Source of the DNA: Octopus sinensis
Taxonomy: Eukaryota
NCBI RefSeq assembly: GCF_006345805.1
Contig: NC_043026.1
Location: 8,494,001-8,558,000 of the forward strand
DNA: 64,000 nucleotides
Reading direction: 5' to 3'
Made by a program: the position numbers and the translations under genes. Below are positions 33,856 through 48,599 of the stretch, piece after piece. The first letter of the stretch is position 1. Each line of letters opens with the position of its first letter. Below the pieces are notes generated by a model. The model was not told the origin of the DNA. It did no database searches and worked only from the letters and a program-made list of their open reading frames with translations.

Positions 33856-33899
33856 TATGATTAGCTTAACTTTAACTTTGTAGTGCCTTGGGAGACTCA

Positions 33900-34325
33900 T
33901 ACTACCTATTTCTTTACTACCCACAAGGGGCGAAACACAGAGAGGACAAACAAGGACAGACAAACGGATTAAGTCGATTATATCGACCCCAGTGCCTAAC
34001 TGGTACTTATTTAATCGACCCCGAAAGGATGAAAGGCAAAGTTGACCTCGGCAGAATTTGAACTCAGAACATAGCGACAGACGAAATACCTATTTCTTTA
34101 CTTCCCACAAGGGGCTAAACAGAGAGGGGAAAAACAAGGACAGACAAAGGGATTAAGTCGATTATATCGACCCCAGTGCGTAACTGGTACTTAATTTATC
34201 GACCCCGAAAGGATGAAAAGCAAAGTCGACCTCGGCGGAATTTGAACTCAGAACGTAACGGCGGACGAAATACGGCTACGCATTTCGCCCGGCGTGCTAA
34301 CATTTCTGCCAGCTCACCGCCACAG
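33900..34325 (-). mobile_element. SINE dimer
   Basis: Same family as 10182..11332. Confidence 0.8.
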
Positions 34326-34679
34326 CCAGCTCTCCACCCTTAATATCTAACACACTCACTGGTTCAATTTCCACTCATCTTTTTTTTTTTTTTTTGTGTG
34401 TCTTCCAAAAAATTTTAGCTGCTTTTGCAAACTTGCCGAATCTGTCCCCTATCAGAGCTGCGTTCCTCTTATCCAGTAACACTATGGTCAAAGATAGCCT
34501 AACGATGACCCTCTCATAGTTTTCATCTATAATGATAAATGGCAAAACGAATTTCTGTGTGTCAGTGTGTCACACTTTGGTTCCCTCTCTCTCACTATTC
34601 AGTGACACTTCTACTATTCCTTGTGATGAGGTGAGAGCAATAGTAGGCATAGAGACGGTGGTGGATTGACGGCTGTGAT

Positions 34680-35050
34680 GGTAATGGGGCGATAGTAGTA
34701 GTTTGAGCTGTAGTTGTGATAGAGGCAGAGGCGACAGTAATGGTAGTGATGGTGGTGGTGGTGGTGATTGTTGTAGCGGAGCAGTCAGGGATGACGGTGA
34801 CTTTAAGTGACATGAAAGACAGTGGTGGTGGTGGTGGTGGTGGTGGCGGTGGTGGTGGTGGTGGTGGTGGTGGCGGTGGTGGTGGCGGTGGTGGTAGTGG
34901 TAGTGATGGTGATGGTGGTGGTGGTGGTGATTGTGGTGGTGGTGGTGGTGGCGGTGGCGGTGGTGGTGGTGGTAGTGGTAGTGATGGTGGTGGTGGTGGT
35001 GGTGGTGTTGGTGGTGGTGGTGGTGTTGGTGGTGGTGGTGGTGGTGGTTG
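34680..35050. repeat. (GGT)n trinucleotide tract
   Basis: Seen directly. Confidence 0.95.
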
Positions 35051-35495
35051 AAAACAATCAACAGAAAGAGAGAGAGAGAGAGAAAGAAAAAAGTTAGACA
35101 GAAAAAAAAATTAGGCTGACTCCAGAATGGGAAGACAAAGCCAAAATGTTATCGTGCAGCTTTGCAAATAAGTTTCAAGTTGACAAATTAAATCATTGTT
35201 TTGATGGAAATTGTTCGTTGCTTGAAAAATATTAGTCAAGTTTTATAAAATTTAATATGAAGTGTCATTGTTGAGCTAACCCTTCTGCCAGCTCACCGCC
35301 TATATATAAGTAAATATATATATATATATATATATATAACATTATTGGTGAATTGAAGAAATGGAGCTGAACGCAGATTGAACAGAAATCGTTTTATTTC
35401 ATTCTACACGTGTTTACTGCTGTGATTTTTGCTACTAAGGTATCGGTTAAACTTTTGATTAATCTACTACAAGATTATTCATCTTTCTATTTCAC

Positions 35496-35555
<60 letters not shown>

Positions 35556-35556
35556 G

Positions 35557-35615
<59 letters not shown>

Positions 35616-35879
35616 GTATGTGTTTGTTTGTTGTTTGTGTTTGTCTCTCCACCATCGCTTGACAACCGATGTTGGTGTGTTAACGTCCCCGTCACTTAGC
35701 AGTTCAGCAAAAGCGATCAACAGAATAAGTACTAGGCTTACAAATAATAAGTCCTGGGGTGGGGTGTCGATTTATTCGACTAAAGGTAGTGCTCCATCAT
35801 GGCCGCAGTCAAATGACTGAAACAAGGAAGCGAAACGAACACTTGTACATCTATGCATGTACGTACGTTTGTATGCGTT

Positions 35880-35895
35880 CGAGTATATACGTGTG

Positions 35896-35927
<32 letters not shown>

Positions 35928-36731
35928 TGTATACATGTATGTATGTATGTGCGTATTTATGTATGTATGTATGTATGTATGTAAGTGTGTATGTATGTAT
36001 GTATGTATGTGTGTATGTATGTATATATGCAAGTGTGTATGTATGTATGTATGTATGTATGTATATATGTATGTATGTATGTGCGTATTTATGTATGTAT
36101 GTATGTATGCATGTATGTATGTATGTGTGTATGTATGTATGTATGTATGTGTGTATGTATGTATGTATGTATGTATGTATGTATTTATGTATATATGTAT
36201 GTATTTATGTATGTATGTATGTGTGTATGTATGTGTGTGTGTATGTATGTATGTATGTGTGTATGTATGTATGTATTTATGTATGTATGTATGTGTGTAT
36301 GTATGTATGTATGTATGTATGTAAGTGTGTATGTATGTATGTATGTATGTATGTGTGTATGTATGTATATATGCAAGTGTGTATGTATGTATGTATGTAT
36401 GTATGTAGTATGTATGTATGTATGTATGTATGTATGTATGTATGTATGTATGTATGTGTGTATGTATGTATGCATGCATGTATGTATGTATGTATGTATG
36501 TATGTATGGGTGTATGTATGTATGTATGTGTGTGTGTATGTATGTATGTATGTATGTATGTATGTATGTATGTATGTATGTAGTATGTATGTATGTATGT
36601 ATGTATGTATGTATGTATGTATGTATGTGTGTATGTATGTATGTATGTATGTATGTATGTATGTATGTATGTATGTATGTATGTATGTATGTGTGTATGT
36701 ATGTATGCATGCATGTATGTATGTATGTATG

Positions 36732-36764
<33 letters not shown>

Positions 36765-37340
36765 GTGTATGTATGTATATATGCAAGTGTGTATGTATGT
36801 ATGTATGTATGTATGTATGTATATATGTATGTATGTATGTGCGTATTTATGTATGTATGTATGTATGTAAGTGTGTATGTATGTACTTATGTATGTAAGT
36901 GTGTATGTATGTATATATGCAAGTGTGTATGTATGTATTAATATATTTACTACAGTCATATTTACCAGTCAATGATCGTGTTTCCCTTCCAATCTGGGGG
37001 GCCTTTGTATCTCAGCAAGATCTGTGCCAGCTCAACTTGTTGAAGGAGCGGGAACGAAGTGACTTGTGCTATTAATGGTGTCTCACAACTGTAACTTTGC
37101 CAACGAGAAGCTTATAGGAACGTGGGTGTTACATTGGTTGTGTCTTTATATGTGTGTATATGTTGTAAAGTGTATGTATGTATGTATGTATGTGTGTGTG
37201 TGTGTGTGTGTGTTTCAATTACAAATGTATGTTATGTATGTTTTATGCTTGATTAAAGCTATGTGTGTGTATGTATGTATGTATGTATGTATGTATGTAT
37301 GTATGTATATATGTATGTATGTATGTATGTAGTATGTATG

Positions 37341-37374
<34 letters not shown>

Positions 37375-37380
37375 TGTATG

Positions 37381-37414
<34 letters not shown>

Positions 37415-37738
37415 TGTATGTATGTATATATGTATGTATGTATGTATATATGTATATATGTATGTATGTATGTATGTAGTATCTATGTATGTGTGTCTGT
37501 ATGTATGTATGTATGTATGTATGTATGCATGCATGCATGTATATATGTATGTATGTATGTATGTATGGATGTATGTATGTATGTATGTATGTATATATGT
37601 ATGTATGTATGTATGTATGCATGCATGCATGTATATATGTATGTATATATGTATGTATGTATGTATATATGTATATATGTATGTATGTATGTATGTAGTA
37701 TGTATGTATGTGTGTCTGTCTGTATGTATGCATGCATG

Positions 37739-37772
<34 letters not shown>

Positions 37773-37916
37773 TGTATGTATGTATGTATGTATATATGTA
37801 TGTATGTATGTAGTATGTATGTATGTATGTATGTATGTATATATGTATGTATATATGTATATATGTATATATGTATGTATGTATGTATGTAGTATGTATG
37901 TATGTATGTATGTATG

Positions 37917-37950
<34 letters not shown>

Positions 37951-38059
37951 TGTATGTATGTATGTATGTGTGTATATATGTATGTATGTATATATGTATA
38001 TATGTATGTATGTATGTATGTAGTATGTATGTATGTGTGTCTGTATGCATGCATGCATG

Positions 38060-38095
<36 letters not shown>

Positions 38096-38370
38096 TGTAT
38101 GTATGTATGTATATATGTATGTATGTATGTATGTAGTATGTATGTATGTATGTATGTATGTATGTATGTATGTATGTATATATGTATGTATGTATGTATG
38201 TATATATGTATATATGTATGTATGTATGTATGTAGTATGTATGTATGTATGTATGTATGTATGTATATATGTATGTATGTATGTATGTATATATGTATGT
38301 ATGTATGTATATATGTATATATGTATGTATGTATGTATGTAGTATGTATGTATGTGTGTCTGTATGTATG

Positions 38371-38402
<32 letters not shown>

Positions 38403-38414
38403 CATGCATGCATG

Positions 38415-38445
<31 letters not shown>
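35880..38445. repeat. Two ~1.1-kb (TATG)n tracts
   Basis: ~35880..36940 and ~37255..38445; they generate the many MYVC/IHTY pseudo-ORFs. Confidence 0.95.
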
Positions 38446-38447
<2 letters not shown>

Positions 38448-38864
38448 GTCTGCCAATTTCATACCATTCAGGAATGTCGCATTTCTCGTGACTGCTGCGT
38501 ATATAATATATACCTCACCCCCCACATCCTATACACATCTACATTCCTTCGTCCTCTTTTCCTTTCGTGATCTCCAACACCACCACTGCTGCCACCAGCA
38601 TAATCTGCAGCAGCAGAAGCAACGCTACTGCCATGACAACGACGATCATCACCACCACCACCACCACCGCCGCCGCCGCCACCACCACCACAACCACCAC
38701 CACCACCACTTAATCACTCAACCGGTTTTTCATGCAAACGATTTTTAACATTTGTTAATTACTTTTTCTTTTTGTTATTGGTTTGGCCTCAATTTCTTTC
38801 TGCGAACAAAATACAATTGACATGTTTTAATACATATATATATACACACATACACACACACACA

Positions 38865-39253
38865 GCCTTGTCTGGCACGTAAAAAGCACCATCCGATCGT
38901 GGTCATTTGCTAGCTCACCTGGCCCCCGTGCCAGTGGCACGTAAAAAGCACCATCCGATCGTGGCCGTTTGCCAGCCTTGTCTGGCACCTGTGTCAGTGG
39001 CACGTATAAAGCACCATCCGATCATGGCCATTGCCAGCCTCGTCTGGCACCTGTGCCGGTGGCACGTAAAAAGCATCCAATACACTCATGGAGTAGTTGG
39101 CGGAGTTAGGAAGGGCATCCACCTGAGAAACACTGCCAGATCAAGACTGGGCCTGGTGTCAGCCTTCTGGCCAGCCAGACCCAGTTGAACCGTCCAACCC
39201 ATGCTAGCATGGGAAAGCGGACGCTAAACGATGATTGATGATGATATATATAT

Positions 39254-39286
<33 letters not shown>

Positions 39287-39594
39287 AGGCGCAATAGCCC
39301 AGTGGTTAGGGCAGCGGACTCGCGGTCGTAGGATCGCGGTTTCGATTCCCAGACCAGGTGTTGTGAGTGTTTATTGAGCGAAAACACCTAAAGCTCCACA
39401 AGGCTCCGGCAGGGGATGGTGGTGATCCCTGCTGTACTCTTTCGCCACAACTTTCTCTCACACTTTCTTCTGTTGGCCTGCTCGCTTAGCCAGCGGGGTG
39501 ACGTCATTTAAAGGCTAAAACAATGCGAAGCACATTGTGACCAGCGATGTGTAGCAACATCTGAATAGCCTGGTCGGTCACGGTGGTCACAGTG

Positions 39595-39625
<31 letters not shown>

Positions 39626-39787
39626 ATATATAGATCTATATATATATACCATATATATATGTATATGTATAGAAAACACTGCCAGATCAGACGGGCCTGG
39701 GCAGACTTCTGCTTCCCAGATCCCCGGTCGAACCGTCCAACCCATGCCAGCATGGAAAGCGGACGCTAAACGATGATGATCATGATG

Positions 39788-39835
<48 letters not shown>

Positions 39836-39965
39836 TATGTATAGAAACACTGCCAGATCAGACTGGGCCTGGCGCAGCCTTCTGGCTTCCAAGACCCCAG
39901 TTGAACCATCCAACCCATGCTAGCATGGAAAACGGATGCTAAACGATGATGACGATGATGATGAT
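38865..39965 (+). mobile_element. Cluster of LINE 3' UTR tails and a tRNA-derived SINE (~39285..39590)
   Basis: Three ...cggacgctaaacgatgat-type tails plus a ggaggcgcaatagcccagtggttagg head. Confidence 0.7.
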
Positions 39966-41083
39966 ACACACACACACACACACATACATAACTATGAACA
40001 AATCTCTCTCTATATAAACGGCAGTTTGTCTGTGTGCGTGTCTGTGTGTCTGTTAGGTTGTACCCTCACCCTGACCACGGCTTTCAACTGATTCTGATGA
40101 TGAAACTTGACACAACATAGCCCAATGTCATAATTCAAAAACTAACGCAGCGAAAATTTTGAAAAGTTCCCCAGTTCTGAAAAAAAATCGATAAAAATTC
40201 GACATGGGGTCGAGAATCAGAACACAAACCACAGACTGTCTAGGGGACGCAACTCGACCTTTTTAACTAAAAAAAAAAATTTACCATCATTTTTTTCCCA
40301 TGTTTTTGCTATTTTTTGGCTATAACTCTCTAAAAATGCTTTATAGTTATTTCCCTTACAAACCTGAGCAACGCTAGTATATATATATATATATATATAC
40401 TGCTAGTATATATATATATACACCAGTAAATATATACATTGATAATCCTAGGAATGCCGAATAGAATTTCTATCCCTATCTCGTTCCCAAACGAATCGCT
40501 GGTTAATTTAGAAGTAATTATGTAATTAAAAAACAATTCCAGTAATCAGTAAGTGATAATTGCAGAAATTAGGTTGACTTAACCCTTTAGCATTTAACCC
40601 GGCCAAAATATTTTTCCTATTTTATCTTCAAAGTGGCCAGATCCAGCCTTTCACACCTACCCTACAATCATCATCATCATCATCATCCACATCGTTTAAC
40701 ATCTGCCTTTCATGGTGTGGCATGGGTTGGATGGTTTGACTGAGGACTGGCAAACCAGGAGGCTGCTCCAGGCTCCAGTCTGATCTGGCAAGGTTTCTAC
40801 AGCTGGATGCCCTTCCTGATGCCACCCACTCTGAGAGCATAGTGGGTGCTTTTCACCTGCCACCAGTACAAGAGCCAGTTAGGCAGCACTGGCATCGAAC
40901 ATGCTCAAATGATGCTTTTTATGTGCCACCGGCATGGGAACCAATCAGGTGGCACTGGCATCAACCACGCTCAAATGGTGCTTTTTACGTGCCACCAGAA
41001 TGGGAGCCAGTCCAGCGATGTAAATATATAATAGATATGATATAATAGATATAAGCATACATGTATATATGTGGTGTGTGTAT

Positions 41084-41116
<33 letters not shown>

Positions 41117-41898
41117 TATATATATGTATGTATGTATGTATGTATACACACACACACACAAAGATAAATTGATAGATACAAACTGAGTGGGCAAACAAAA
41201 ATATGAGACATTGCCTAGTGCTTTTTTATTTTGATAAGCCTGGTACTTATTCTATCAGTTTCTTCTTATGAAACCAGTAAGTTATGGGGATGTAAATAAA
41301 CAAACAGCAGTTGTGAAGCAGTGATGAAGGAGAAACACAAAGACACACACACAGACATACATGAATAATATCGGCAACTCCTTAAGACAATAAAATGAAT
41401 AAATTAAATAAGTAAGTTTTATTGACTTTTTGATAAGATTATACTTAGATTTTCCTAATGTATTTTCTTTTGATTTTAGCATCTGACCCCTAAACCCCTG
41501 ACTGTGTTATCTCTTTAGATTCTCTTTAAATTCATAGCTGATTTCAACAGCAATAAATTAGCTGTTTTACTGGCCAAAGAATAATATTCTCCTCTAGTTC
41601 CTAGATGCCTGTAAATTAAAACCAGACTTGCCGTCTACTAATTGTCTGTATAACTAGAACCTCTTTTTATTTATTTTTTCCCTTCTTCCCATTTCTTTCT
41701 CTTTCTCTCTTTTTCTGTTTCTTCTCTTATTCTCTTTTCCTTTTCTCTTCTCTTTTAGTCCCCTTTCCCCCCTTTTTTGCTCCCTCCTCCTTTATTTTCT
41801 CTCTTTTCTTCTATTTCCTTCCCTTCTATTCTTGGCCTCTCTAGAAAGCCTTCAGCCTTTAAAAGTTAAATAGCTACAGCCTCTGTAAATAGCAGTAA

Positions 41899-42609
41899 TG
41901 TGATTATGTAGCAAATACCTAATCATATAACAAGTTTTGATACCTACCTCATTGTGTTCAACCATTGATAAATTTATCACCTGTGAATATGAGATTCCTC
42001 TTCATTCTCTGGAAACTTACATCTACACCATTGGAAATTGTGCATCTATACAAAGGATTAATTCACCCTCTCTGTAATGCTAATAAGCAGGAATTGAGAC
42101 CCACCTCGTTGTGATTAACAATGGATAAATTTGTCTTCTGTGAGTATGTAATCCCTCATCATATCTCTGGAAATTCATATGTGCTCTATGGATTAGGTCA
42201 CCTTCTCTGTGATGCTATTAGAACTTTTTTAAAATTCTGTGATAAGACTGTACATCATCTTTAAAGAACTTTAATGAACTTTGGAAATCTGTTTATGTTA
42301 CTTAATTATCTACATTACTTCATGAGTATAGCCTCAACCACTAGGATGTCTAGAGAACTCACATGTATTTTAGCTGATGAGTACGGGACACGTTTAAATG
42401 CTGTAATTTTTACAACTTTTAATAAAGCCTGTCCTTGTATGAAACGATTGTACTAAAACCTATCTATTTTTTGCTTCTTTCTCGCTTATAATCACCCCAC
42501 ATTACTGTATTGTTTAAAACAGTATAGTTTTCTTTTGGTGCATCTAAGTTAGGTACCATATTCAAGTAAATTCATTTAAATTAACTTGAATCTTTATGCT
42601 TTTTGTATA

Positions 42610-42705
<96 letters not shown>

Positions 42706-43980
42706 TCAAAGAGCAATAAAGATTCAAGTTAATTTAAATGAATTTACTTGAATATGGTACCTAACTTAGATGCACCAAAAAAACTATACTGATTTAACAA
42801 TACAGTAATGCGGGGTGATTATAAGCGAGAAAGAAGCAACAAGAATGGATAGGTTCTTAGTACGATCGTTTCATACAAGGACAGGTTTTATTAAAAGTTG
42901 CAAAGATTACAGCATATAAACGAGTCCCGTACTCATCAGCTAAAATACATGTGAGTTCTCTAGACATCCTAGTGTTTGAGGCTATACTCATGAAGTAATG
43001 TAGATAATTAAACAGATTTCTAAAGTTCATTAAAGTTCTTTAAAGATGATGTACAGTCTTATCACAGAATTTTTAAAAAAGTTTTAATAGCATCACAGAG
43101 AAGGTGACCTAATCCATAGTGCACATATGAATTTCCAGAGATATGATGAGGGATTATATACTCACAGAAGACAAATTTATCCATTGTTAATTACAACGAG
43201 GTGGGTCTCAATTCCTGCTTATTAGCATTACAGAGAGGGTGAATTAATCCTTTGTATAGATGCACAAATTCCAATGGTGTAGATGTAAATTTCCAGAGAA
43301 ATGGAGATGAATTTCATATTCACAGGCGATAAATTTTTCAATGGTTGAACACAATGAGGTAGGTATCAATTCTTGTTATATGATTAGGTATTTGCCACAT
43401 GATTAACAAAATTGATACCTACCTCATGAATAACAAGAATTGATACCTACCTCATTGTGTTCAACCATTGAAAAATTTATCGCCTGTGAATATGAAATCA
43501 TCTCCATTTCTCTGGAAATTTACATCTACACCATTGGAATTTGTGCATCTATACAAAGGATTAATTCACCCTCTCTGTAATGCTAATAAGCAGGAATTGA
43601 GACCCACCTCGTTGTAATTAACAATGGATAAATTTGTCTTCTGTGAGTATATAATCCCTCATCATATCTCTGGAAATTCATATGTGCACTATGGATTAGG
43701 TCACCTTCTCTGTGATGCTATTAAAACTTTTTTAAAAATTCTGTGATAAGACTGTACATCATCTTTAAAGAACTTTAATGAACTTTAGAAATCTGTTTAA
43801 TTATCTACATTACTTCATGAGTATAGCCTCAAACACTAGGATGTCTAGAGAACTCACATGTATTTTAGCTGATGAGTACGGGACTCGTTTATATGCTGTA
43901 ATCTTTGCAACTTTTAATAAACCTGTCTTGTATGAACGATCGTACTAAAAACCTATCCATTCTTGTTGCTTCTTTCTCGC
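41899..43980. repeat. Triple-arm inverted repeat (700-bp arms around a TA/CA spacer plus a third inverted copy)
   Basis: Arm 1 41899..42605, arm 2 42707..43407 (inverted), arm 3 43430..43980 (inverse of 42825..43379). Confidence 0.9.
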
Positions 43981-44230
43981 GTATATATATATATATATAT
44001 ATACTCTTTTACTCTTTTACTCTTTTACTTGTTTCAGTCACTTGACTGCGGCCATGCTGGAGCACCATCTTTAGTCGAGCAAATCGACCACCGGGACTTA
44101 TTCTTTGTAAGCCCAGTACTTATTCTATCGGTCTCTTTTGCCGAACCGCTAAGTAACGGGGACATAAACACACCAGCATCAGTTGTCAAGCAATGCTAGG
44201 GGGACAAATACAGACACACAAACACACACA

Positions 44231-44271
<41 letters not shown>

Positions 44272-44769
44272 TATATATACATATATACGACGGGCTTCTT
44301 TCAGTTTCCGTCTACCAAATCCACTCACAAGGCATTGGTCGGCCCGAGGCTATAGCAGAAGACACTTGCCCATGGTGCCACGTAGAGGGACTGAACCCAG
44401 AACCATGTGGTTAGTTAGCAAGCTACTTACCACACAGTCATATATATGAATGTATGTATATATGTATATATATATATATATGTATGTATGTATGTATGTG
44501 TTTGTTTGTTGTTTGTGTTTGTCTCTCCACCATCGCTTGACAACCGATGTTGGTGTGTTAACGTCCCCGTCACTTAGCAGTTCAGCAAAAGTGATCAACA
44601 GAATAAGTACTAGGCTTACAAATAATAAGTCCTGGGGTGGGGTGTCGATTTATTCAACTAAAGGTAGTGTTCCATCATGGCCGCAGTCAAATGACTGAAA
44701 CAAGGAAGCGAAACGAGCACTTGTACATCTATGCATGTACGTACGTTTGTATGTGTACGAGTATATACG

Positions 44770-44997
44770 TGGGTATATGTATGTATGTATGTATATGTAT
44801 GTATGTATATGTATGTATGTGTGTATGTATATGTATGTATATGTATGTATGTATGCATGTATATATGTATGTATGTATGTGTGTATGTATGTATATGTAT
44901 ATATGTATGTATGTATGTGTATGTATGTATGTATGTATGTATGTATGTGATGTATGTATGTATGTATGTATGTATGTAATGTGTGTATGTATGTATG

Positions 44998-45031
<34 letters not shown>

Positions 45032-45467
45032 TGTATGTATGTATGTATGTATGTATGTATGTGTATGTATGTATATATGTATGTATGTATGTATGTATAT
45101 ATGTATGTGTATGTATATATGTATGTATATATGTATGTATGTGTGTATGTATATGTTTGTATATATGTATGTATATATGTATGTATATATGTATGTATGT
45201 ATGTATATATGTATGTATGTATGTATATATGTATGTGTGTATGTATGTATGTATATATGTATGTATGTATGTGTGTATGTATATGTTTGTATATATGTAT
45301 GTATGTATATATGTATGTAGGTATGTCTGTATGTATGTATGTATGTATGTATGTATATATGTATGTATATATGTATGTATGTATGTATGTATATATGTAT
45401 GTGTGTATGTATATATGTATGTATATATGTATGTATGTGTGTATGTATATGTTTGTATATATGTATG

Positions 45468-45501
<34 letters not shown>

Positions 45502-45653
45502 TGTATGTATGTATGTATGTATATATGTATGTATGTATGTATATATGTATGTGTGTATGTATATATGTATGTATATATGTATGTATGTGTGTATGTATAT
45601 ATGTATGTATATATGTATGTATGTGTGTATGTATATGTTTGTATATATGTATG

Positions 45654-45687
<34 letters not shown>

Positions 45688-45750
45688 TACATGTATGTAT
45701 GTATGTATGTATGTATGTATGTATGTATGTATGTATATATGTATGTATGT
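44770..45750. repeat. (TATG)n tract
   Basis: Seen directly. Confidence 0.95.
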
Positions 45751-46494
45751 TAAAGCATTCCAAATATATTTTTATTCACGTACAGAAAGCAGGCAAAAAG
45801 CCTAAAACAAGTGGTTGTTGAACAATAAGCATTGTTCTATGGAGGTATTGTTGGAAATGAAGTAAAGAAAGAAAGAAAGACAGAGATATGAGTCAGAGAG
45901 GTGGGGGTCAGAGATAAGTCATCGCTGATAAACATATGTACGTATATACATACTAAAACACACACACACTGTTGCAACAAAGCACACACATACACCACAC
46001 TACAACATACACATAAGCCTCACTCATGCACACATACACATATGTACACAGTCCTACATATACTTGAAACATGACCCGGACAAAGTAGCGCCCACATGTC
46101 TAGAAGCTTCGCTCTGATGTTTTGTAAAAATTACATGGGCTGTTGCCGCGGTAACAGCTTTGCCCATTTCAACAAATTGAGCTTTCACGATATTCTGAAG
46201 ATTGAAAAAATTTGAGGCTGAAGTTGAAATCCTGTCACTGGCTTTGGTAATTATTACTTTGAAAATAATCTTAATTAACACACAATTTAATAATATATAT
46301 ACATCGTTAAACATTTTCCAGTTTTACTTCAAACATGAATATACTAATTGCAGCGTGGAAGGTGTTTATAAGCCATTTAAAACACACACAAAAACGTTAG
46401 ATTCACTTCAACATTTAGATTTAATTTGCCAAAATATTTTCGTTGCTTTGAGACTGCGATCTGTTCACTGACAAAATTCAGTGTTGCATAATTA

Positions 46495-47095
46495 TACCTA
46501 TTTCTTTACTACCCACAAGGGGTTAAACACAGGGAGGACAAACAAGGACAAATGGATTAAGTCAATTACATCGACCCCAGTACGTAACTGGTACTTATTT
46601 AATCGACCCCGAAAGGATGAAAAGCAAAGTCGACCTCGGCGGAATTTGAACTCAGAACGTAACAGCAGACGAAATTCCTATTTCTTTATTACCCACAAGG
46701 GGCTAAACATAGAGGGGACAAACAAGGACAGACATAGGTATTAAGTCTATTATATCGACCCCAGTGCGTAACTGGTACTTAATTTATCGACCCCCGAAAG
46801 GATGAAAGGCAAAGTCGACCTCAGCAGAGTTTGAACTCAGAACGTAACGGCAGACGAAATACCTATTTCTTTATTACCCACAAGGGGCTAAACACAGAGG
46901 GGACAAACAAGGACAGACATAGGTATTAAGTCGATTATATCGACCCCAGTGCGTAACTGGTACTTATTTAATCAACCCCCGAAAGGATGAAAGGCAAAGT
47001 CAACCTCGGCGGAGTTTGAACTCACAACGTAACGGCAGACGAAATACAGCTTCGCATTTCGCCCTGTGCGCTAAGGTTTCTGCCAGCTCGCCGCC
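46495..47095 (-). mobile_element. SINE trimer
   Basis: Three body units plus a head (gccagctcgccgcc). Confidence 0.8.
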
Positions 47096-47580
47096 TTCGT
47101 GTTGCATAAATATAGCCCCATTATCAAGACTTCCTTTTGTAACCCCCAAAAGAACTCCCCTTAATATTTGATTTTTTCTTTTTTTACATAAACCTCTTTT
47201 CCTATACCGTTATATTGAAATTCGTTTTATTTTCAGATAATATTTTTATAAGACTACAAACTGTGAAAACATTTTACAAGTAAGATATTTCGTTTACATT
47301 TTCCTATCCATTTTTTCTTTCCTTCTTCATCCTGTTCCATTTATTTTAATTCCTGTTTCAGATTTATACTTTAAATGTGGTTTTGTATGCCATATTATCA
47401 GATACATCCGTGTTATATTCCAACAAAATAACATATAGTTATAACTATTAAAGATTATTTGCCAACAAATGGTTAGGACGGATGTTACTGTTAAATTCTG
47501 TTGGCAAATAATTTTTACTCTAGAATATTGTTATTTCAGAGATTTAGAAATAAAAAAAATTTTCTATGTAAAAAATATTT

Positions 47581-48599
47581 GGGATCTTTTCGGTTTGAAC
47601 GGCAGTTTTTAACATAATTTTTAGGTAACTAAAAAATTTTAAACTTCGTATACTGGTAGAATGTGTTACATAAAACATCTTTTCCTCTTGGCTTTATTGA
47701 GAAAATTCTATAGTTTGTAAGATATTTCGTCTTTAATTTCAAGCATTTTGGCAATTTCAACCAATCACTCACGTCTATTGAGGTAAAAAAATATTCTGGG
47801 CCGTATGAATATGTCCCTTGTTTAAGAAACAGATTGGGGATCTTTTCTGTTTGAACGGCAGTTTTTAACATAATTTCTAGGTAACTAAAAAATTTTAAAC
47901 TTCGTATACTGGTAGAATGTGTTTATAAAACATCATTTTCTCTTGGCTTTCTTGAGAAAATTCTATAGTTTGTAAGATATTTCGTCTTTAATTTCTTGCA
48001 TTTCGGCAATTTCAACCAATCACTCACGTCTATTGAGGTAAAAAACATTCTATGCCGTATGAATATGTCCCTCGTTTAAGAAACAGATTGGGGATCTTTT
48101 CTGTTTGAACGGCAGTTTTTAACATAATTTCTAGGTAACTAAAAAATTTTAAACTTCGTATACTGGTAGAATGTGTTTATAAAACATCATTTTCTCTTGG
48201 CTTTATTGAGAAAATTCTGTAGTTTGTAAGATATTTCGTCTTTAATTTCTTGCATTTCGGCAATTTTTACCAATCACCGACCGTCTATTGAGGTGAAAAC
48301 ATTCTGTGCCGTATGAATATGTCCCTCGTTTAAGAAACAGATTGGGGATCTTTTCTGTTTGAACGGCAGTTTTTAACATGATTTCTAGGTAACTAAAAAA
48401 TTTTAAACTTCGTATACTGGTAGAATGTGTTACATAAAACATCTTTTCCTCTTGGCTTTATTGAGAAAATTCTAGAGTTTGTAAGATATTTCATCTTTAA
48501 TTTCTTGCATTTCGGCAATTTCAACCAATCACTCACGTCTATTGAGGTAAAAAAATATTCTGTGCCGTATGAATATGTCCCTCGTTTAAGAAACAGATT
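47581..48599. repeat. Four-copy ~254-bp satellite derived from a MITE terminal region
   Basis: Units start gggatcttttc at 47581, 47837, 48091 and 48345 and are homologous to the left arm of 20838..21451. Confidence 0.9.

Noticed and set aside
35400-35490. Minus-strand hammerhead-like remnant (aagatga...gtaaacacgtgta)
   Set aside because: Both conserved core segments are mutated.
35759-38748. Many long ORFs (MYVC/IHTY repeats, up to 436 aa)
   Set aside because: Translations of (TATG)n microsatellite; the same applies to 44637..45821.
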